A DNA stretch of 64,000 nucleotides, taken from contig JBBPEB010000013.1 in NCBI GenBank assembly GCA_039096225.1, positions 1,736,001 through 1,800,000 of the forward strand. Direction: 5' to 3'. The translations under genes were made by a program, and so were the position numbers. The first letter of the stretch is position 1, and the number at the start of each line of letters is the position of its first letter. The notes under the pieces are model-generated. The model worked only from the letters and a program-made list of their open reading frames with translations, made no database searches and was not told where the DNA came from. Positions 15,068-29,401 of this stretch are shown in pieces. Origin of the DNA: Blastocystis sp. Blastoise. Its lineage: Eukaryota > Protista > Bigyra: Opalinata.

Positions 15068-16688
15068 ATATAATATATATATATAATTCTTTAATAATTC
15101 ACTCGTTTTTCTCCCGCGTCTCTCTTGGAGGTGTGTGACGCACAGTCCATCACAATGGAAGATATTCAAGAACATGCTGTATATATATATATATATGCTT
15201 TATTATACTTTTATTATTAAAATAATTATTATCCTTTTTATTATTATTCATATTATTATACTTTTTAATATTATTCATATTAATTTTATTTATGATTATA
15301 GAAACTAATATTAAGTTCATGTTATATTGATGGATTAACCACGGGGAATGCCGATAAATCTGATCTTGATGTATATACCGCTATTCTCGAAGAATATATA
15401 CCGTTCAATAAAGATCTTAATATTCACGGGAATCGACACCTCGATTTACCACGTATTTTGAATATAGAACCGGGAAATAAGTATAAATATCTTTTAAAAG
15501 AAAATATATCTGTATATTCTATTATATTATATATATATAGATATATTTATCCATTCATCTCTCCCAACCCAAATGAAGTGAGTTCTGCGGTTTTTTCTTA
15601 TATTCATGTATGTATATATATTCTTTATTATTATTATTATTATTATTAATATTATTATGATATATAGATAGGTGATCGATTAGATTTACCCTTATATGTA
15701 AAATCAGTTCTATTTGATACTTTATTTTCTTCTTATTCTTTTGGAGTTCTTAGAACAAAAGAACAATTAGGATACAGTGCACGTGCTAGGTCACATGTTA
15801 TGAGGGGTGAAATGGGGATCTCCACAATTGTACAAAGTGACAAAGTATATATATATATATATAATATTCTATTGATTCTCTTTTGACTTTATAACATATA
15901 TATATATATAGTATTCACCATGGTATATTTACACTCGAATTCTCGCTTTTTGGCGTGAAATCAAAGCATATATGTCGACAATATCAGAAAAACAATTTGA
16001 AGAGACAAAAGTTGCTGTATATTATTCTATATTTATTCTATTTATTCTATATTTATTCTATTTATGCTATATTTATTCTATTTATACTATATTTATCTAT
16101 TTATACTATATTTATTCTATTTATACCATATTTATACTATATTTATTCTATTTATACCATATTTATACTATATTTATTCTATTTATACTATATTAATACC
16201 ATATTAATTCTATTTATATTATATTTATTCTATTTATGGTATTTTAAATTCTCTCTTTTTCTTCTTCCAGTTAAAGAAAACCTACCTGAGAAAGCAAGAT
16301 ACCTTGAGTCAAGTACACGGTAGTTTCTCGGCTCCCATCGCAAGAGAGTCTTTTCTGTTTAATAAAAAGTTTCTTTATTGTGAATTACTAGATACAATTA
16401 CTTTAGAGGATATATATACATTTTATGATATATATATAGATCCTGATTCTGAAGAATGTAGATATTTCACTCTCTTTTTAACCAATCAAAATGTAGGCTA
16501 TCAAGATATGCCCAATGGTATGATTCTATTATTATTATTATATATTTATTATATATTTATTATTAATATATTTATCATATATTATTAATATATTTATCAT
16601 ATTATTATATTAACTATTATTATTATAATATATAGATGATTCCTATATACTTATCCCTCCTACTTCCAGTTATCCATTTGATTTATAA
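11710..16688 (+). CDS. Insulysin/nardilysin-like M16A zinc metallopeptidase, multi-exon
   Basis: GSFQDP-x-CPGLAHFVE|HLLFMGTEKYP carries the inverted HxxEH motif across an intron. Also KEINAVNNE, TGNKDTL, FNVPK and LRTKEQLGY. All exons splice in frame when the AT-AC intron at 14991-15102 is used. Confidence 0.92.
14991..15102 (+). other. U12-type (minor) AT-AC intron in the M16A peptidase gene
   Basis: 5' ATATCCT donor, TTCTTTAAT branch-like motif at 15087-15095, 3' CAC. Removal gives FYG|RFSPASLLEVC in frame. Confidence 0.85.
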
Positions 16689-17224
16689 TTATTATATTTC
16701 AACTAAATATATATATTTATTATTTTTATTTTTAGTTTTGTATATTGTTTCATGTGTATGAGATTGTTACTAAGGATATTATTCTATATAAACATATATT
16801 TCATGATATAATAAATTCATTTTTTTTTTTATTTATTTTTATATATAGCTACAGTATCTTAATTAGCAACTTCCTTATTTCTTGATAGTTTTATTGTATT
16901 ATTTAGTTCCTTGAGTATAAACATAATAATCTATTTTTCACTGAATATTTTCTTATTATTTTGTTTGGCTATTGTATACTTTTATACATAATCATATATT
17001 CTTTTCATTATCTATATACTATTGTTTCATAATTTATTCCCATCATTTTTCCTATCAAAACAAAACAAATCAATCATAACAGCAATCAATGCTTAACAAC
17101 TATAAGAGATGTATCAAATAGACATAATATAATAAACTATTAACGCATAATAAACAACAATTAAAAGAGAAAAGTAGAAAAAGTAGAAAAAAAACTGGAA
17201 AAAAACGTCAATAAAGAAGGATAA

Positions 17225-17501
17225 TTATTCCTCTTTATGAAAGCAATCGAATTGAAGTGCTTCTGATGCAGAAGGACGTTCATTAGGATCAATAGTTAAT
17301 AATGATTGAATTAAAGATATTAATTTTGGAGATGTATTTTTAGCTTCTCCATAAGTAAATAATAATGGTTGTGAATAATTATATTCTACTATTCCTTTAT
17401 CATTCATTTCACAATAGGGGAACTTTCTTGTTAATAAAGCATATAATACAACTCCTACATTCCATATATCACATTTATTTGTATAACTACCTATATATAT
17501 A

Positions 17502-17592
<91 letters not shown>

Positions 17593-17593
17593 G

Positions 17594-17632
<39 letters not shown>

Positions 17633-17695
17633 AATACTAATACATAGAACAGAATATATAGTTATAAAAATAATATATTTTTTAATAAAAAAAAC

Positions 17696-17753
<58 letters not shown>

Positions 17754-19525
17754 TTTTCTCATTTCTGGAGGAATATAAAGAGGATTACAGCAGCTTTCAT
17801 TCATTGGTTTATCTCCTTCTTTATATATACACATATCTCCATATCCTGCTAAGCATACACCAATACTAGAAATCTCATCAAATAAACCACGAAATCTCTT
17901 TACTAATATATGTTCTAATTTAATATTTCTATGACATAAATTATTTTTATGTAGATAGTCAACAGCCATTAATAATTGATTGGCTATTTGAAGTAATACT
18001 GTTTCTGTTAAGTACAAGATACGATTGTACTTCATAAAACGGACAAGATCTGACTTAGCGTAACACTTTGAAGATATACAAAAGATACGTTGTACAACTA
18101 TAAATACATATGAATATAAATATAAACATAAATATACATAATTATATATAGATTTATATATATATAACAAAATAAATAACACATATAAAACCCTTTGAAT
18201 ATATTCATAAAATATAACCATATATATATAACCATATATATATAACCATATATATATAACCATATATATATAACCATATATATACCTCCATCAATAGTTT
18301 CTTCTTCTATCCAATAATCAAGAGGATATAATAAGAAGTCATTCTTTTCTTTCATTAATGTGTCATGAATTTGTTCATATTTTGTTAATTGTGTCTCTGT
18401 GACATTGTTATACTTCTTAACGGCAAGGAAATCTCCCGTTTGATTGGATCTTACCATCATAACCTTCCAATCTTTACTCTTTCTTGTAGTTCCTAAGACA
18501 GTATAAGGAGAAGCAGGAACACTTGTTAAACGAGTACTATATATATATATCAATATTTTAAATTATAAACAAAAAGAATTTATTCATATATATATAATAT
18601 AAACCATAATTCTATCATTATAAAAAATAAAAAAATATATATATATATTGTTTTTTAACCAAATAATCATAAATATATACCTAGTAATTGATTCAAAACA
18701 AGGATGAAGATAAGCTTGTTCACTAGTCAATCTTTTATTTGGAGAAAAAGAGAGAAGAGATGAAATTAGATCAATAAAAAAAGGAGGTAATAATTTCCAT
18801 TGATCACTTGAAAATAAATTTTCTTGAGAATAATTATCTTCTGTTATTTCTTCCTTTGTATATATAGGGAATGGGAAACTATGTTCAACAAGATAATAAA
18901 GAGAAACACCAATACTAAACATATCAGAAAGAGGAGTATAAATGCCATTGATTACTTCAGGAGCTTGACATTGATTGTAAACAATAGGGACTCGGTTACT
19001 TGAAATCTGATCTATTTGAAATGCATGGTAGAGAGCACCAATAATGACAGAAATATCAACAATCACATCTCCATTTCTTTTCAAGTCTCTAACGTATATA
19101 TTGTCTAATCGTATATCACCATGACATATATTCTTCTGATGAAGATATAATGTAGCTTTGATTATTTGTTTTGCAATATATAAAAAGCAATCAGGACTTA
19201 ATTGTTCATTTAAAATAAGATGTAATAAGCTACCATGATGATAATAAATAGAAGATATGCAAGCATATTCATTATTTTTATCAATATAATGATCGTACAT
19301 AGGAATAATTAAAGGAGAATTAATGAGAGAACGAATAAATACGCTTTGTTCATAACATTTTTTGTCATCTGAGCTCGAGAGATCGAAAAGTCTGTTTATT
19401 TTAAATCCTCCACGTTCATTATCTTTGACCATGAATCGTTTAGACTGGCCATTTTCTTGGAAGTGACGAAGAACATCATCAGGGATTTCATCGTGACGAA
19501 TTGTTGAGTTTATTTCAGAATTCAT
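17225..19525 (-). CDS. Protein with two tandem divergent Ser/Thr kinase-like domains (probable pseudokinase)
   Basis: Domain 1: HGDIRLDN, QAPE, SDMFSIG, PNKRLT. Domain 2: LAVKK, HRNIKLEH, YIPPE, CDIWNVG, PNERPSA. Four exons, the last intron is GC-AG. Confidence 0.8.
17491..17752 (-). other. GC-AG intron
   Basis: AAA G|gcatatat...atatag|GT AGT TAT joins PPEMRK-G-SYTNKCDIW in frame. Confidence 0.85.
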
Positions 19526-20052
19526 ATTTTATAGTTTTACTAATTGTATAGAAATTTCTAATATAAAGAAATATAAATAATAACAGAATATAAAACCAAA
19601 ATTGAAGAAAATAAAAGTTTTGTTATTGATTGGTCACAAAAAATGGATCTTGAAAATTATTGGATAATAGGCAAAGTGAAGATTCATAGCGAAGTTTTGT
19701 TTTATTGAGAAGTTTCTATATTGAATCTTCTTTATTGAGGAGATTTAATAGTTGTATGGTAAAAACTAGAATTACTCCTATAGTATCTCATAGGTTTCGC
19801 ATAGATTTTTGATGAATCCAACGAATGTATAAAATGAACTTGAGAATCGTTCACTATATTTATATGTTGTTTATATATATAATGTATTAATGATAGCATT
19901 GATCGCAATACATAAAAAAAAACAAAAAAAAATAGCAGATTCAATAAAAACTGTTATGAAAACAAGGAGAATGCAATAATATATTCATAAATTACACTTT
20001 TGAAACAATTTATAACATCTTATCTAGTTGTTCATTCATAAACTCTAAGGTT

Positions 20053-20965
20053 TTACGTGTTTTATTTATTTCTTTAACGTATTGAATAATTTGTTGATCT
20101 CTTTGAATTTGAGCATCCTTTATGGCTAATAACTGTTTGTAATTCTCAATGCGTGATGTCAACTAGTATAATATAGAAATAAGAAAAAGAAAATTATTAA
20201 TATTTTATTATTAGAGATATTTCTTATACATAAATTCAACAAGAAATATTTCTTATATATAAATGTCAACAAGAAATATACTTCTTCTAATTGAGATCGT
20301 TTTATCTTAACATATTCATCATTTTGAGCAGGTTCTTGTAATACTTGTTTCTCAACAATTTGTTTTTGTTCTATTTGTGATTCTTGATACTCTTCAGCTG
20401 GAGATGGAATAGCATCTTCCTATATAATAAATTTGTATAAAACAAATAGAACAAATGTATTACACAACTCACAGATCATGTAAAAGATAAAATAAATGTA
20501 TAAATATTGTTACAATAAAAATAATTTATGAAAAAATAAAGTATATATATATACTGTCTTTGGATTTGGTGAAGTAGTTGCTTGTTTTTCTTGTTTAACA
20601 CTAAATGGATTTGGTGGTAATTTAGGTGGAGGAGGGAGATTCTAGAAAGAATTGAATAAAAAAATTTTGTTTTAGAAAACTTACATCTAAAGAAATGGAA
20701 TGTAATTGTATAAACATAGAAATTATGTTATTATCAAATAGGAAATAATATTGTTATACTTTTAGAATATGAAATAATATATATACATACTTTTTTTGGA
20801 TTTTTTGGATGGATTACTAAAAGCTAAGGATCGAAGTTCATTGTTCTTCTTTGGTTTCTTTTGAGTTTGTTTATTGATGACAGTAAATTGTTCTTCTTCA
20901 GTTTCAGATTCAGTATCAAAATCTGTAGCTAAGTTACCAAACTTATTTTGTTTACGTGAAGACAT
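20053..20965 (-). CDS. Hypothetical protein (basic N-terminus, Pro-rich middle, C-terminal coiled coil), multi-exon
   Basis: Start MSSRKQNKFG, GT-AG exons including PPPPKLPPNPF, last exon LTSRIENYKQLLAIKDAQIQRDQ...NT*. Confidence 0.6.
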
Positions 20966-21439
20966 TATAGTAAATGTTAATTTAATGTGAAAAAGAAATG
21001 AAATGTGTACTAGAAACTTCGATGATTATTTTTTAACTTTGAATTAATAAAAGCAAAATTCTCATGAAAATAATTGTTAGAAATAAAATGGATCTGTTTT
21101 GATTGTATAAATAACTAGAAAAAATAGGTTTGCAAATATTGAGAGAATAATAGTCTTAATAACGGCATAATGTTAATCTAGAATGAAAAAAAGAGAATTA
21201 GCTTGAGAATGAACAAGTAGTGTTTTCAAATAGATTTATATATTAAAGCAAACGATGTATGGCTTTCTCTGAATAATTAATTGATTTTAGAAAAGATACA
21301 TGAAAAACAATGCAAGAGAAAATTAGAAAATGTAAATAATAAAAAAGCAAATATAAAAGAAACTTTGAAATAAATTTTTAAAAAAGTAATATAGAATTCA
21401 TAGAGTGTATGAATAATATAGAAAAATAAGTAATAAACA

Positions 21440-21973
21440 TTAAAGAGCATTTAGCTTTGCAATGATTTCATCAACTGAAAGTCGATCAGCTGGTTTCGCG
21501 GCCCAACAAGCTTTAATAATATCTTTAATTGCTATAGAAATTGATAAGATTAGATACAATAAAAATGAAAAAAAAAAGTTAAAATATTATTTTAAATATA
21601 TATATTATTTGTATATTGTGAATATACCTGGAGATAAATGGCTGGGGAGAGTAGGACGTAAACCAACATATGCAATATTACGGAGAATCTATATATATAT
21701 TATAAGATGATTGAGAATATAATACTAAAAGAATAATAAAAAAGACTTATTTACAGTATAAATATAAATATATATATATATAATTAATATTCAATATATT
21801 TGATAATATATATTTAATAATAATAATTAAGATATATATATATATACAGTGACATCGGGTAGATGGCAATCTTCGTAAGGACGTAATTCAGTATATATTT
21901 CATACATAAGTATAGCAAAACTATATATATCTACTTTCTCATTATATGTTTCTTTACGCAATAACTCAGGGGC

Positions 21974-22039
<66 letters not shown>

Positions 22040-22809
22040 AATATAAAAAAGAAAGATGAATCATAATAATCATAATCATTTATATATATATATATACCCA
22101 GCAGGAGTACCACAGAAAGTCATTCGCGTATCACGATCCTCTTCACGTGATAAACCGAAATCTGTTAACTTGCACGTGCCATGACTTAAAAGAACATTCT
22201 CTGATTTAATATCTCTGTGAATCAGATTTCGTTTATGCATATATTGAATAGCACTAGCAATCTCTTTGCACATACGGAGCCTCCATTCATCTGTTTTTAT
22301 AGCTATATCTCTATATATAGATGTATAAATATAGGTATTATGTATATATAAGAATAATAAGTATAATAAGTATAATAATAAAAATAAACAAAATAATAAG
22401 TATAATAAGTATAATAATATATATATACTCTTTCTTTCTAGAGTCGATAAGTTTACGAAGTGTTTCTCCTCCCATTTCCATGACTATAACGGGCTTATCT
22501 CCTTTATAACTTAAACCATAGATCTATAATCAATATATATATATAAACTTTTAAAATAAATTTTCCTTTAATAAATTGAAAAAAATATAATAATAAATAT
22601 ATAAAAGTAGTATAAAGAAGAATCAATATAAAAGAGGTATATATAAAAAGCAATAGTGATAACTATATATATATACTTGCACAATATTAGGGTGTTTCAT
22701 TTGTGACTGAATAATAACTTCTCTTTTTAAAGCAATTAAATCTTTATTTCGTGGACAGATATTTAATACCTTCAGAGCTACTTCTTGACCTTTATAAGAT
22801 CTATATATG

Positions 22810-22842
<33 letters not shown>

Positions 22843-23324
22843 TGTAGAAATATTTGTTTATAAAAACATATTATTAAAAATATTATTATATGTATAGTTA
22901 ATATTATTATATTATTACTATTATTATTATTATTATTATTATATACCCTGCATAAACTTTAGCAAAGGCTCCTTCTCCCAAGCAAGTCCCTTGAACAATA
23001 TTATCAAATGTAATAATAGGAACTATATATATATATATGATGAAAAAACTAGAATAAATATATAACATATACAAAATAGAATCCAAAAATTATTTTAAAT
23101 GATATAAATAGAACATGATAATTATATATATATTAATGTTTGTTTATAAAAAAAATTTAACACATAACTATCATATATATATATATATAATAAAATTGAA
23201 TGAATTTCAATGTATAATATAACTAATATATATATATATATATATACTTTTATATTCATCTTTCATTTCTACAATAAACTTTAAGTTATCCGGAAGAGGA
23301 GGATTATTACCCGTACTACTACTA

Positions 23325-23377
<53 letters not shown>

Positions 23378-24489
23378 AGATAATTAAATAAATAGATAAG
23401 TCCTATACTAATAAATATAATAATAATAAATATAATAATTAATCATATAATAATAATTATATTAATATATAATAATAAAAATAAGTATAAATATAATGAA
23501 CACAACTATATTATAATATACATATATATATATATACGCTTTACAAACAGGATAGGTACGTTTGAAAATACTCTGAATTTCTTGGAGAGATTGAGCAATA
23601 GTATAATGCTATATATATATTAATGAATATATATATATATATATATATTAATATCTATTAGATAATGAAAACATATATATAATAGATATATATATAAAAA
23701 TAATAATATATATATAATAATAATACATATATATACTTTATCCCATTTTTTAAACATATCAAAATAGACACATCCGTTCGAAAGAACTTCCGAACATTCT
23801 GGATTATACATTAAACTAGCTATAAAAGTAATATAAACATATATATAATAAAAGTAGAAATATAAATATATTTATAAATACAGATAATATAAATGGTCGT
23901 ATCCATATAAAGATAAAATTTAAACTTATAAAAGTCATAATAAACAAAAAAACAAAATTTCAACAATAACATAAATAATTTAAAAAATCATTACATACGA
24001 TGACCAAGATCAACTTGAACAATAGGATAGAAATTAGGAAATGTGTTTTCATTTAACATTATATGAATAGGAAGTGGATATGATTTGCCATCAATAGGTA
24101 CATCAAGACTAGCTGTTAAAACAAGGAATCGTTCTTGATTATCATTCTTTGCTATAGTCAATAATATATAAAATTCATGATCATAGATATAAATAGTCGT
24201 AAAAATATAATGAACTTACATATCTTAGCCTTTTTAATATGAATTAATCGCTCTTTTATGCAATCGTATATCTGAGTTTGAAGATTACAAGTCTAAAGAA
24301 ATATAGAATTAATATTTAAAAAAACTAAAATTGACAAAAACATAACAAAAAGCATAGAATAGTTATAATCACTCAAAATCTATTATAGCAAATCGTGTCT
24401 ATACGTACAGGATCAAAAGACATCTCCTTGATCTTTTCTAAAGTCTGATTATAGCCAGCATAATAATTATCATAGGTTGACGGCGCCAT
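21440..24489 (-). CDS. Tyrosine-kinase-like (TKL) protein kinase with an N-terminal UEV (TSG101/Vps23-like) domain
   Basis: Kinase motifs LGEGAFAKV, VALK, HPNIVQ, IHRDIKSEN, DFG, GTPAGMAPE, DIYSFAI, CWAAKPADR. N-terminus has LVLTASLDVPIDGKSYPLPIHIML-x-FP-x-P ... SNGCVYFDMFKKW ... LQEIQSIF. Confidence 0.8.
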
Positions 24490-25211
24490 TATCGATTAGT
24501 CTATATTTTAAAAAGTCGTCTAAATAATAATCTTCTAATATACCTTATTTAAAGAAGAGAAAATAATATATTAACTAGAATATTAATAGATTTGTTTTTA
24601 GATTCTGTAAATAAAAAAATGATGGGCCAAATCTAAACTATAACCGTGATTTATACCGAATTTCTTTAAGTCTCTTTAGTAAACCAGTTTTAAGACTCAT
24701 TTCATTACTTTTCTATTTATGAATATCTTGAAGATTTATTCATTATTTATTCAATTTCTATGTATGTTGATACTTATACAATACTAAATCCAATACTAAA
24801 ACTTCTTTATACCTTATTATTAAAACTGTAATGAATCGACTCTTTATCTTACATCTATTAATCATTTGAAAAACCATAACGCCAATATTTTAATATGGAA
24901 AATGACATAATTTCAAGAATATAATTGAAAAAAAGTGACATCATTAATAAATATTCTTATACACAATATTCTCAAGGCTATAATCGAAGTCTATATCGTT
25001 TGATTATATACTAATTCAGAAATAAAAGTAATGTTCCAAGTAATTAAACAACTGACTAGTGTCTTTGCCAAATGCAGATATCCAATATTATTCACCTATA
25101 TACGACATTACTTGATTCATAGGAAACCAATACGAATCAAACAAATATACGAAGAATAGAAAATAAACAGAAAGTATCAGTATATACTATAGTAAGAAAA
25201 ACATTTCAATA

Positions 25212-25293
25212 GCACGGATGTCCGAGTGGTCTAAGGAGCTACGTTAAGGCCGTAGTATGTTCGCATGCGCGGGTTCGAGTCCCGCTTCGTGCA
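25212..25293 (+). tRNA. tRNA-Leu(AAG)
   Basis: 82-nt cloverleaf GCACGGA...TTCGTGCA, anticodon arm CTACG-TTAAGGC-CGTAG, long variable arm, GGTTCGAGTCC T-arm, followed by a T-run. Confidence 0.95.
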
Positions 25294-26686
25294 TATCTTT
25301 TTTATTTTTTTTTTATCAAAATTTTTATGTAGTTAAAAACATATTGTTTATCTTTTTTATATATTTTTTACATAACCTATACTAAATAAAATCAATTATA
25401 TAAGTAAAAATGACAAAAAAACTCCAGAAACAAAAAATAAAAGAAAACAAAAAAATGAAGACAATTTTTGATTTTTCATATTATTATATAATATTAAGTC
25501 CGACTTACATTTTAATAAATGAATTAAATTTCATATTTGTGAATTATGATCTATCTTTTATTCATAGATAGTTTTATAGAGTCTTTAAGCATCTCACTAT
25601 CAAATATAGCAAAAAAAAAGTGGTTTCTGTAAATGTTTTTGTGATTTTCTACTATTTTATTAAAATAATGGATGTAGATCGTCATATATTTGTATAGCAC
25701 AGGTTTTTTAAAACAAAAATATATATTTTTTATGTATTGTATGTTTCATTATTGTCGATATCGTTGAAATAATTCTTTTAATTCAGTATAAAATATTTAT
25801 TAATATATTAATTTACTCATTCTATAACTGAAATAATTTGTATTAAGTATAATAACAACTTGATTTGTATTTGACAAAAAAGAATTTGTTTTTGAAATGA
25901 ATAATTTTTGACTTGAATGACCTAAACACTTCGTTTTACAATTCAACTAAATACATAAACCTATGAATATCAACCTATGAATAAAATCAATAAATGACCT
26001 AAAAGCTACTTATAAAAGAAAAAACTGTGTTGACACTCCTATACTAGCAATTATTCCTCTTCAATATATATTACTGACTTGATGGAGTAATCTCATTTTA
26101 TGGAGTTATAGAGCATTATTTGTGTTTTTCTCAAAAACTTTTACAGTGTGTAAAAATGACCTTATATAATAAGATAATGCATGCTGAATGATATATAAAG
26201 GTCTAGAAAGTGAGAAAAACCATATTTAGAAAAGGACATGGGAAACAAACCAAACCCACTTTGGTCGATGGTATTTTGTTTTCGAAATGACATCAATCAC
26301 AACGCAATTGTTTCCATCGCTTTAGGAGTAATTCGGCATTTACGAGAATATCTTTTTTATAGCAGAGATTCTTAATAAAATGATGATTATCTATTAGACA
26401 TGAAAAATGACATTAGTAGTCATCATTTTCATGGTATCCAATAGTTTTTCAAGACCCTTTATCTAAAGACATCATCGAACAATTTATTGGATTTAGGAAG
26501 ATAATTCTCGATAGCTCCATCTCTGATAATCTCTATATAAAAAAATCATAAAAATGATTAAGAATACTCTTTTCTCGAGATTCGGATGTGAGGGTTACCC
26601 TGCATTTTTATTCTGGCATGAACCCTCATAATTCATTTATTCTTTATATTTGAACTACCAAATTTCTTATAACAGTAATCTGAAAC

Positions 26687-28934
26687 ATGTCTTTTGGTAT
26701 GTTCTTTTATTATATAAAAGAATCTTAGACATTTATTGTTTTTTTTCTTTAAATAGAAATTGTTGATCGTGCTGCTGCTCGTGTAGATTTTAAGCTTCCC
26801 GTTCCTTCTGATATTGAGATTTCTCAATCTGTTGAGCCTATCAATATTGATCTTATTGCTAAGGAAGCTGGAATCTTACCTGAAGAATTAGAGCTTTATG
26901 GTAATACTAAAGCTAAAGTTCGTCTTGAAGTTATTGATCGTCTTAAGGATCAAAAGAATGGTCATTATGTATGATTCTTTTATATAGTATTGTTTTCATT
27001 ATTATTTCTTCTTTTATTTATAGGTTCTTGTTACTGGTATTAACCCTACTCCTCTTGGTGAAGGTAAAAGTACTTGTACTGTATGTAATTATTTATTTAA
27101 TGAAGATAATGATTATATTTTTATTTTTATTTCGTTATAATTCAATTTTTTTAATAATAATAATTTTTAATAATATATAAATATAATAAATAATAAATAT
27201 AAATAATAAAAAAATAATAAATATAAATAAATAATAAATAATAAATATAAATAATAATAATACCTCTCTCTTTAGGTTGGTCTTTCTCAAGCTCTTGGTG
27301 CTGCTCTTCATAAGAAAGTATTTTCTTGTTTAAGACAACCTTCTCAAGGTCCTACTTTTGGTATTAAAGGTGGTGCTGCTGGTGGTGGTTATTCTCAAGT
27401 TATTCCTATGGAAGAATTTAATCTTCATTTAACTGGTGATATTCATGCTATTGTTGCTGCTAATAATTTACTTGCTGCTCAAATTGATGCTAGAATGTAT
27501 CATGAATCTACTCAAACTGATGAAGCTTTATTTAGACGTATTTGTCCTAAGAATAAGAATGGTGAATATGAACCTCTTGCTGCTCCTCTTTTAAAGAGAC
27601 TTGCTAAATTAGGTATTAATAAAACAAAAGCTGATGAACTTACTGAAGAAGAACGTACTAAATTAGTTCGTTTAGATATTGATCCTGAAACTATTACTTG
27701 GAAACGTGTTGTTGATACTTGTGATCGTTTCTTAAGAGAAATTGAAATAGGTTTAGCTCCTACTGAAAGTGGTCATTCTAGAAGAACTGGCTTTGATATT
27801 GCTGTTGCTTCTGAAATCATGGCTGTTCTTGCTTTATCTACTTCTCTTGAAAACATGAGAGAACGTTTAGGTGTTATGGTTATTGGTATGTCTAAATCGG
27901 GTGAACCTGTAACTGCTGAAGATCTTGGTGTTGCTGGTGCTCTTACTGTTTTAATGAAAGAAGCTATTAAACCTACTCTTATGCAAACTGTTGAAGGTAC
28001 ACCTGTATTTGTTCATGCTGGTCCTTTTGCTAATATTGCTCATGGTAATTCTTCTATTATTGCTGATAAAATTGCTCTTAAATTAGTTGGTGAAGATGGT
28101 TATGTAGTTACTGAAGCCGGTTTTGGTGCTGATATTGGTATGGAGAAATTCTTTGATATTAAATGTAGACAAAGTGGTTTAGCTCCTGATTGTGTAGTTC
28201 TTGTAACTACTGTAAGAGCTATGAAAATGCATGGAGGTGGTCCTAAAGTTCAACCTGGTCAAAGACTTCAAAAGGAATATGTTGAAGAAAATCTTGATTT
28301 ACTTGCTAAAGGTTTATGTAATATGCAACAACATATTCAAAATGTTTTAAAATATGGTGTTCCTTGTGTTGTTTGTGTTAATAGATTTACTACCGATACG
28401 GATAAGGAAATTGAAATGTTACGTAGTGCTGCTTTAGAAGCTGGTGCTTTAGATGCTTGTATGAGTAATCATTGGACCGAAGGTGCTAAGGGAGCTAAAG
28501 TCCTTGCTGAATCTGTTGTTAAAGCTTGTACTGATGAAGCTGTTCGTCAATCTATTCACTTCAAACTTATTTATGAAGATAACTTATCTATTAAAGAAAA
28601 GATTCAAACTATTGTTCGTGAGATCTATAGAGGTGATGTTGTTGAATATAGTGAAATAGCTGAAAAGAAAATTGCTTGTTATGAAGCTCAAGGATATAAC
28701 AAATTCCCTATATGTATGGCTAAAACTCAGTATTCTTTCTCTGCTGATCCTACTCTTCTTGGTTGTCCCCGTGGTTTTAAGATCACTGTTCGTGATATCC
28801 ATGCTTCTTGTGGTGCTGGATTTGTTTATCCTGTATTAGGATCTATTATGACTATTCCTGGTCTTCCTACTCGTCCTGGTTTCTATGATATCGATATCGA
28901 TTGCAAGACAGGAACTGTTCATGGATTATTCTAA
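26687..28934 (+). CDS. fhs: Formate--tetrahydrofolate ligase (monofunctional FTHFS, eukaryotic type)
   Basis: [62 protein letters not shown]. Three 5' introns then one long exon, with strongly biased codon usage. Confidence 0.97.
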
Positions 28935-29401
28935 ATATATATACTTATAGTATACTTTATTCACTTTGTATACATGAATATATGTATACCTTTTCTCTTT
29001 ATCCTTTATTTATATTATTAAACAAATATTTATTAACTTAATGTAGATACGTAATTATTAATTAGTTATTATATAATTCTTTTTCCTTATTTTTTTTATT
29101 TGTAGTTGACGTGTATAAGTATTTCAAGATTTTTATTTTGTTCTTTATTCTTTGAATAATCTACATTACTTGTGTTATATTATAGATTATATATATGATT
29201 CGTTTTGTTATTTATTCATTAATTCTTTTACATAATTACTATTTAAAAACAACAAATGATTTACATGTTTTATAATAACAAATGTTTTAATGGACAGATG
29301 AACAGAATTATTCAGTATTTTCTTCCTTAGATACTTTTTCTATCTATATATAATATATATAATGAAAATACATAATTCAATAATAAAGAAAAATAGAGAA
29401 A

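Noticed and set aside
28584-28802. Antisense ORF over FTHFS (and 59123-59512 over NDK)
   Set aside because: Shadow ORFs produced by strong codon bias of the sense gene.
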